The notes beneath the pieces were generated by a model, which did no database searches, had not been told where the DNA came from, and saw only the letters and a program-made list of their open reading frames with translations. From NCBI GenBank assembly GCA_035524255.1, contig DATKPG010000023.1, positions 19,459-83,458 of the forward strand: a DNA stretch of 64,000 nt. The letters are read 5' to 3'. A program made the position numbers and the translations under genes. Positions 59,796 through 64,000 of the stretch are shown here, one piece after another. Within the stretch, counting starts at the first letter, position 1. The number at the start of each line of letters is the position of its first letter. Source of the DNA: Smithella sp. (GTDB taxonomy: Bacteria; Desulfobacterota; Syntrophia; Syntrophales; Smithellaceae).

Positions 59796-59850
59796 AATTT
59801 AATGCTCGAATCATCAATAAAAAACTTAATCAAAGCAATGAGGTCATATT

Positions 59851-61563
59851 ATGTCAAAACACCCGCATTTTAAAACGAAGAACAAGAAAATAGACAAAAC
59901 GAAAAATAATAATATAACTAGTAATTTGTCAGCAACTTTGAGTCCTTCTTCAGTTAAAACATCAACCATGGTTACTGATGACAAGTCAAAACTGGAATCA
60001 CTAATCCAATCGGCGCTCAAGCAAGGAGAATATTTCAAAGACGGTTTAAATCGTCCATTTGTCACAGTTGAAATTAATGGATACAAGAGGACGATGAAAA
60101 TTAATTCGACTGAATTTAAAAGTTATTTACGAATTAAAGTTTGTAAAAATATAGCAGCTAGGGCCACAATTGAAACGGCTGTCGATCACCTGTCATCAAT
60201 ATGCACATGCAATGATACGATAAAACTCGTCCACTATAGGATTGCCGGTTTAGATGATGATATTTATATCGATATCGGGGACCAATCATATCGAGCAATA
60301 AAAATATCAGCATCTGGTTGGCAAATTGTCACTGACCCACCCGTAAAATTTATTAGAACACAGTCCACATCGGAACTTCCAATTCCTATCAAAGTTGAAG
60401 ACGAATCAATATTAGAGTTAAGAAAATTCTTGCCGATTATGGATGATGAAGATTTTGTAATGCTTGTATCATGGCTTGCTTCGACATTTGCACCCAAAGG
60501 TCCATATGCGATTTTAATCTTAAATGGTGCCCAGGGCAGTGGCAAGAGCACCTTGGTGCGATTGATTCGCAGTTTGATTGATCCCTCGAAATCAAGCAAC
60601 AGAATGATCCCTAACAATCAAAGAGATATTGCTATATATGCAATCAATAGCTGGATCATGGATTTTGATAATATTACAAATTATTCAAATTCCATATCAG
60701 AAATTTTATGCTCAATAGCAACTAAAGGAACTTTTGCAACCAGAATTCTTTACAGCGACGACGGCGAGATGGTATTCCCAATTATGCGACCAATAATTTT
60801 ATCAGGTATTAATCATCTTCATCCGGAAAGTGATCTGGCACAGAGAGCTGTTGTCATTAATCTTCAATCAATGAAGGAGAATAAAAGACTGCCTGAAGAA
60901 TTATTCTGGCAAGAATTTGACTTAGTGAAACCGGCATTAATGGGATATTTATGTGACGCCGTATCAGCTGCTCTGAGGAACAAGAAGTCTGTAAAAAATA
61001 TCGAATATCCACGAATGGCTGACTTTGCAAGATTTTCAATTGCAGCGAGCCATGGTCTCCCTTGGCAAGCTGAAGATTTTATGGCCGCCTATAGCAACAA
61101 CATCCAGTATGTTGGAAATGTTCAAGTAGAAGGTGATCCTGTGGCATCTGTCATCATGTTCATGATGCGCGATCATCATGAACTGATTACGTCTGCAACT
61201 GATGTATTTAATTTTATGGAGTCGCAGAAATGGATCAGCGAGAAAACAAAAAGGTCTGAATCCTGGCCAAGGTCTGTAAACTCACTAAAAAATAAACTGA
61301 CACGAATATCATCGTATCTTCAGTCGAAGGGCATTGAGATGGACTTTTCTTATAGAACCAGAAACAGTATTAGAAAATACAAGTTCACCAATCATAATTT
61401 AACGGAGAATAAAATTAATTTGATAGAAAGAAATCCTGTCAAGCTGGTAGCGACTGATATTTATAATCAGATTGATTCTGAGAATCAGGAGATAGAGATT
61501 ACTGATAGACCAGCTGAACAATTTGATAACTTAGAAGAGTTTATAAAAACATATGACAAGTAA
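59851..61563 (+). CDS. P-loop NTPase of the mobile-element replication type (SF3-helicase-like / primase-associated ATPase)
   Basis: Walker A ILNGAQGSGKST (residues 223-234) and Walker-B-like SWIMDFDN. The following CSIATKGTFATRILYSDDGEMVFPIMRPIILSGIN and YPRMADFARF blocks recur in ATPases encoded next to origins on plasmids, prophages and islands. This recognition is from memory, not from a search. Confidence 0.45.
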   Translation: MSKHPHFKTKNKKIDKTKNNNITSNLSATLSPSSVKTSTMVTDDKSKLESLIQSALKQGEYFKDGLNRPFVTVEINGYKRTMKINSTEFKSYLRIKVCKNIAARATIETAVDHLSSICTCNDTIKLVHYRIAGLDDDIYIDIGDQSYRAIKISASGWQIVTDPPVKFIRTQSTSELPIPIKVEDESILELRKFLPIMDDEDFVMLVSWLASTFAPKGPYAILILNGAQGSGKSTLVRLIRSLIDPSKSSNRMIPNNQRDIAIYAINSWIMDFDNITNYSNSISEILCSIATKGTFATRILYSDDGEMVFPIMRPIILSGINHLHPESDLAQRAVVINLQSMKENKRLPEELFWQEFDLVKPALMGYLCDAVSAALRNKKSVKNIEYPRMADFARFSIAASHGLPWQAEDFMAAYSNNIQYVGNVQVEGDPVASVIMFMMRDHHELITSATDVFNFMESQKWISEKTKRSESWPRSVNSLKNKLTRISSYLQSKGIEMDFSYRTRNSIRKYKFTNHNLTENKINLIERNPVKLVATDIYNQIDSENQEIEITDRPAEQFDNLEEFIKTYDK

Positions 61564-61564
61564 A

Positions 61565-61811
61565 AATGACAGGGCTGAGTCAGGCATCGACTAGGGCTGA
61601 TAGCAGCAGTAGCAGGGCCGAGCGGGCTTGATGGGCCGCTTCCACTGTAAATTTTATTATATATATTTTATTATTTATATTTATTTTCTTATAAAATAAA
61701 TAATATTAGTAGCCCGGTCTGCCCGAGTGGCCCAGCTTCTGTGTCAGCTTTAGCTTATCTTTGTTAAGATAAAAATTATAATATCCAGAGTATGCCCTGA
61801 GTCAGCCATGC
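61565..61811. repeat. origin-like region: GGGC iterons, a 60-nt near-pure A/T stretch, then inverted GCCC iterons, bracketed by a CTGAGTCAG-centred inverted repeat
   Basis: AGGGCTGA at 61571 and 61593; AGGGCCGA at 61614; GGGC again at 61624 and 61633. Positions 61651-61710 contain only two G/C. GCCC at 61712, 61721 and 61730. GGGCTGAGTCAGGCAT (61572-61587) is matched by ATGCCCTGAGTCAGCC (61792-61807). Confidence 0.5.
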
Positions 61812-62060
61812 CAAATTAATTACGGCAGAAGCGCGGGTCTCCGCCCCGCTTCTGTCTCACGTAAATATTATTTTACTTTCTGAACAGTCTGCTATGATTA
61901 ACTTTCAGTTTAAGTTCTGTTCAGTGTCTCAGTTTCAATCCGAATGTTGACAGCTTATAGAAGGATGGAACTTATATAAAAAGAGAAAATAATATTCAAA
62001 AGCTTACAGACTGAGTGATAGTGACAGTATCAACGGACAGTGGGTATATTTCCATTAACC

Positions 62061-62303
62061 CTATAATCCGGCTGATCTAGTTACAAGCTTATCAATTATC
62101 ATTCCTTGAGTCTTGCCGGTCAGAAAAATAATACAACTGATCAGTCCATTTTCTTCAAGTTTTAAAATCATTTGATGGACTGTTGGATAAGTGACTCTAA
62201 AATACTCCCGTATGTTTGCCTCGGCAGGCGGTCGCTTATTTATCTTTGTGTAGTTATATATGAAGGCAAGATATTGACCCTGTTTGGGTGTGAATTTAAA
62301 CAT
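62061..62303 (-). CDS. small winged-helix DNA-binding protein, LexA-N-terminal-domain-like
   Basis: FTPKQGQYLAFIYNYTKINKRPPAEANIREYFRVTYPTVHQMILKLEENGLI parallels the LexA N-domain pattern (LT-x-x-Q...PPS..EI......S...V..HL..LE.KG.I). 80 aa with no peptidase domain. Confidence 0.45.
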   Translation of the reverse strand: MFKFTPKQGQYLAFIYNYTKINKRPPAEANIREYFRVTYPTVHQMILKLEENGLISCIIFLTGKTQGMIIDKLVTRSAGL

Positions 62304-62344
62304 TTATTTGTCATCTATATTTTTAGCATTTGTATCCGTTTGCC

Positions 62345-62452
62345 TAAAGAAGCACGAAATTATTTCCTGATGATGATGGACCAAACTCTTTCGTAAGGTC
62401 AACTTTGATTATAAGGATATTATCTTCCACTTTCATTTCTATGTTTTTCATA
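62345..62452 (-). CDS. possible 35-aa ORF upstream of the wHTH gene
   Basis: My translation is MKNIEMKVEDNILIIKVDLTKEFGPSSSGNNFVLL, with a GAAGGA RBS-like sequence upstream. It is below the ORF-track length cut-off and may be a truncated gene. Confidence 0.2.
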
Positions 62453-62568
62453 TTTTGCAGTCCTTCAACAGGGGGAGGGATTTAATTATCTGAGCAGCAA
62501 AAATGAATGCAGACATGAGTCCCATCATCGTTATATGCTGATATAAAGCTATTTTCCTGAAGTTTTGA

Positions 62569-62985
62569 TCAGGGTAAATCATTTCCTTTAGTAGCCATCA
62601 GGAAACCGGCGTGCTTCACGCTCTTGATGGACTTTAGTTTCTGGTAGAGATCTTCGATTTCTTTTGATTTGCCCTTGGTCACAATAATTTCAAAACAATT
62701 ATGATGGTCGAGATGAATATGTTGTGTAGAAAGAATGCAGGCATGATGATCATGTTGAACATCAAGCACTTTAGTGACCAGTTCCCTGGTGTGGTGATCA
62801 TAAACCAGTGTTATCGCACCGGTCACATCCCTGTTTTCCGTCCATTCCTTTTTGACCAGTTCTTCCCGGATTAAATCACGGATGGCTTCCGAACGATTTG
62901 TGTACTTATGCTGTTTAATATGACGGTCAAATTTTTTTAAAAGATCATCTTCCAACGATACGCCAAAACGCACCAGATCGGTCAT
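62569..62985 (-). CDS. nikR: nickel-responsive regulator NikR (ribbon-helix-helix + ACT-like metal-binding domain)
   Basis: VRFGVSLEDDLLKKFD...YTNRSEAIRDLIR is the RHH part. The His-rich HHTRELVTKVLDVQHDHHACILSTQHIHLDHHNC is the high-affinity Ni site region. Confidence 0.9.
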   Translation of the reverse strand: MTDLVRFGVSLEDDLLKKFDRHIKQHKYTNRSEAIRDLIREELVKKEWTENRDVTGAITLVYDHHTRELVTKVLDVQHDHHACILSTQHIHLDHHNCFEIIVTKGKSKEIEDLYQKLKSIKSVKHAGFLMATKGNDLP

Positions 62986-63252
62986 AATATTTCCTCCTAT
63001 CGTTTTTTTGTAGCACGAATAATATATTAAAGATAAAATATAAAGGTCAAGAAATATTTAAATATTAATGGTCTCATAATAGTATCAACATGGGTCATAT
63101 CCGCGAAAGTCGGGAATCCAGACTTGTTGGGCTGGTCCCCGGCCTTCGATGGGTTGACGATTATTCTGTAACCCAGTTAAATGTCATTACTATTATTGGA
63201 CTGTTAATAACTCATTTTTAGCTGTTACTTGAAATCTAAATAAGGAAAAATG

Positions 63253-64000
63253 TTAAATCATGGTCGCTTTTTTGCTTTGAACTATTTCGGTCAGGTAATT
63301 CGCTTTAAGCTCATCGATCTGATAGTAATCTGCTCCGAGCATGGTGGCGATTTCCTGTGCCAGATCAGCCTTGATAAAGGTTTTCTTATCTTCCGTATCG
63401 ATAATGATATAATCTGTCGACGGTAATTCACAAAGCAATCCTGCCATTTTAGGAATTTCATCGCGTACAGGGGAATCAGAGAGGCTCTTATTGGCCCGAC
63501 CGTCCGTTACAAGCACGACTAAAAATCTTGTTTCCTGTGATTTCTTACGGACCTGACCGATCAGATTGTAAGCGGCAAAGAGACCTGCCGTTAAAGGTGT
63601 TTTACCGCCCGTCGGTATTTCTTTTAATCTGCGTGACGCCATCTCAATACTCGCTGTCGGTGGCAAGACGACCTCGGCCTTGTCCTTGCGGAAAACAATG
63701 AGGGAAACCTTGTCTCTCTTTTGATAGCAATCCATCAGTAGAGACTGGACAGCCCCTTTCGTCTCTACCATTCTTTTTTGTGCACCCATCGACCCCGATC
63801 CGTCTACAACCAGAATGACTAGATGACCCATTTTCTTTTCACGCTTCCTGAAGCGCAGATCTTCATTGCTGATCAGGAGCAGTCCCTTTCTTCCTCGCAT
63901 CATCTGAAACGGGGCTGCGGCCCTGATGGTGGCATCAATGGCAATATCATCATTGGGACTCAGAATGCTTTTGATGTGACGGCCTCGTTTTCCCACAGAA
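63253..64000 (-). CDS. vWA-domain chelatase subunit D-like protein (ChlD/BchD/CobT-type), 5' end outside the window
   Basis: MIDAS motif VVDGSGSM, then GGKTPL and TDGRAN. The ORF is open to the right edge of the window. Confidence 0.75.
   Translation of the reverse strand, partial: SVGKRGRHIKSILSPNDDIAIDATIRAAAPFQMMRGRKGLLLISNEDLRFRKREKKMGHLVILVVDGSGSMGAQKRMVETKGAVQSLLMDCYQKRDKVSLIVFRKDKAEVVLPPTASIEMASRRLKEIPTGGKTPLTAGLFAAYNLIGQVRKKSQETRFLVVLVTDGRANKSLSDSPVRDEIPKMAGLLCELPSTDYIIIDTEDKKTFIKADLAQEIATMLGADYYQIDELKANYLTEIVQSKKATMI

Larger units (their letters stand above)
56854..62560. mobile_element. AT-rich genomic island or degraded integrative element abutting the tRNA-Gln fragment (right boundary approximate)
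   Basis: There is an abrupt, visually obvious drop in G+C, with Lys/Asn/Ile/Glu-rich ORFs. The content is a ParB-like gene, a TGT-like gene, a replication-type P-loop gene, an iteron/AT-rich origin-like region and a small wHTH gene. The left edge is a truncated tRNA. No recombinase ORF is present. Confidence 0.6.

Noticed and set aside
63121-63185. Cobalamin-riboswitch-like string GGGAATCCAG...GCTGGTCCCCG between the chelatase-like gene and nikR.
   Set aside because: The match is on the plus strand while both flanking genes are on the minus strand. No B12-box is present, and the rest of the conserved core (GGTG..AA.TCC pairing) is absent. It is most likely chance.
62986-63252. NikR operator (GTATGA-N16-TCATAC type) upstream of nikR.
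   Set aside because: Only two direct TCATA/TATGA pentamers are present, not an inverted pair with appropriate spacing.
1-64000. CRISPR arrays, rRNA genes, transposases/IS elements and toxin-antitoxin pairs.
   Set aside because: Reading the intergenic regions showed no regularly spaced direct repeats. No rRNA-like conserved blocks are present. No DDE, HUH or recombinase-like ORFs appear in the six-frame track.

Overview
This 64-kb chromosomal window looks like an anaerobic Desulfobacterota / deltaproteobacterium-type genome; that placement is inferred from gene content only. All calls rest on reading the ORF translations and the DNA by eye, with no HMM or BLAST support.

- **1-0.5 kb:** decayed remnants of a selB / fdhD-like locus.
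- **0.7-19.6 kb:** ruvX and mltG, then a complete, co-directional dcw cluster (mraZ-rsmH-ftsL-ftsI-murE-murF-mraY-murD-ftsW-murG-murC-murB-ftsQ-ftsA-ftsZ). It has a recognisable sigma70 promoter and three phased GTGG MraZ boxes. There is no ddl.
- **19.7-21.4 kb:** a radical SAM gene.
- **21.5-25.0 kb:** a cassette of four exported or lipoprotein genes, bracketed by an imperfect inverted repeat.
- **25-50 kb:** an MFS exporter, uppP, a membrane-anchored orphan TAXI-type binding protein and an alpha/beta hydrolase. Next comes a TetR-controlled RND efflux locus with two outer-membrane factors. Then xthA, a livKHMGF-type ABC importer, an isochorismatase-family hydrolase and a MarR-EmrA-EmrB-type locus.
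- **50.2-54.6 kb:** a four-gene group-3-like [NiFe] hydrogenase operon (NuoG/HoxU-like, small subunit, large subunit, protease) with no diaphorase genes.
- **55.0-56.7 kb:** glnS.
- **56.8-62.5 kb (main finding):** directly after glnS sits only the 3' half of a tRNA-Gln(CUG), followed by a visibly AT-rich island of about 5.7 kb with no integrase. The island encodes a translationally coupled pair: a degenerate ParB/DGQHR-like protein and a TGT-fold, DpdA-like transglycosylase with an intact zinc motif. It also encodes a P-loop replication-type NTPase, an origin-like iteron / AT-rich / inverted-iteron region, and a LexA-N-like wHTH regulator. I flag the ParB-like + TGT-like pair as a candidate minimal, element-borne DNA base-exchange (7-deazaguanine-type or other) system. 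It lacks the preQ0-synthesis and restriction genes of known dpd clusters.
- **62.6-64.0 kb:** nikR and a partial vWA chelatase-D-like gene.
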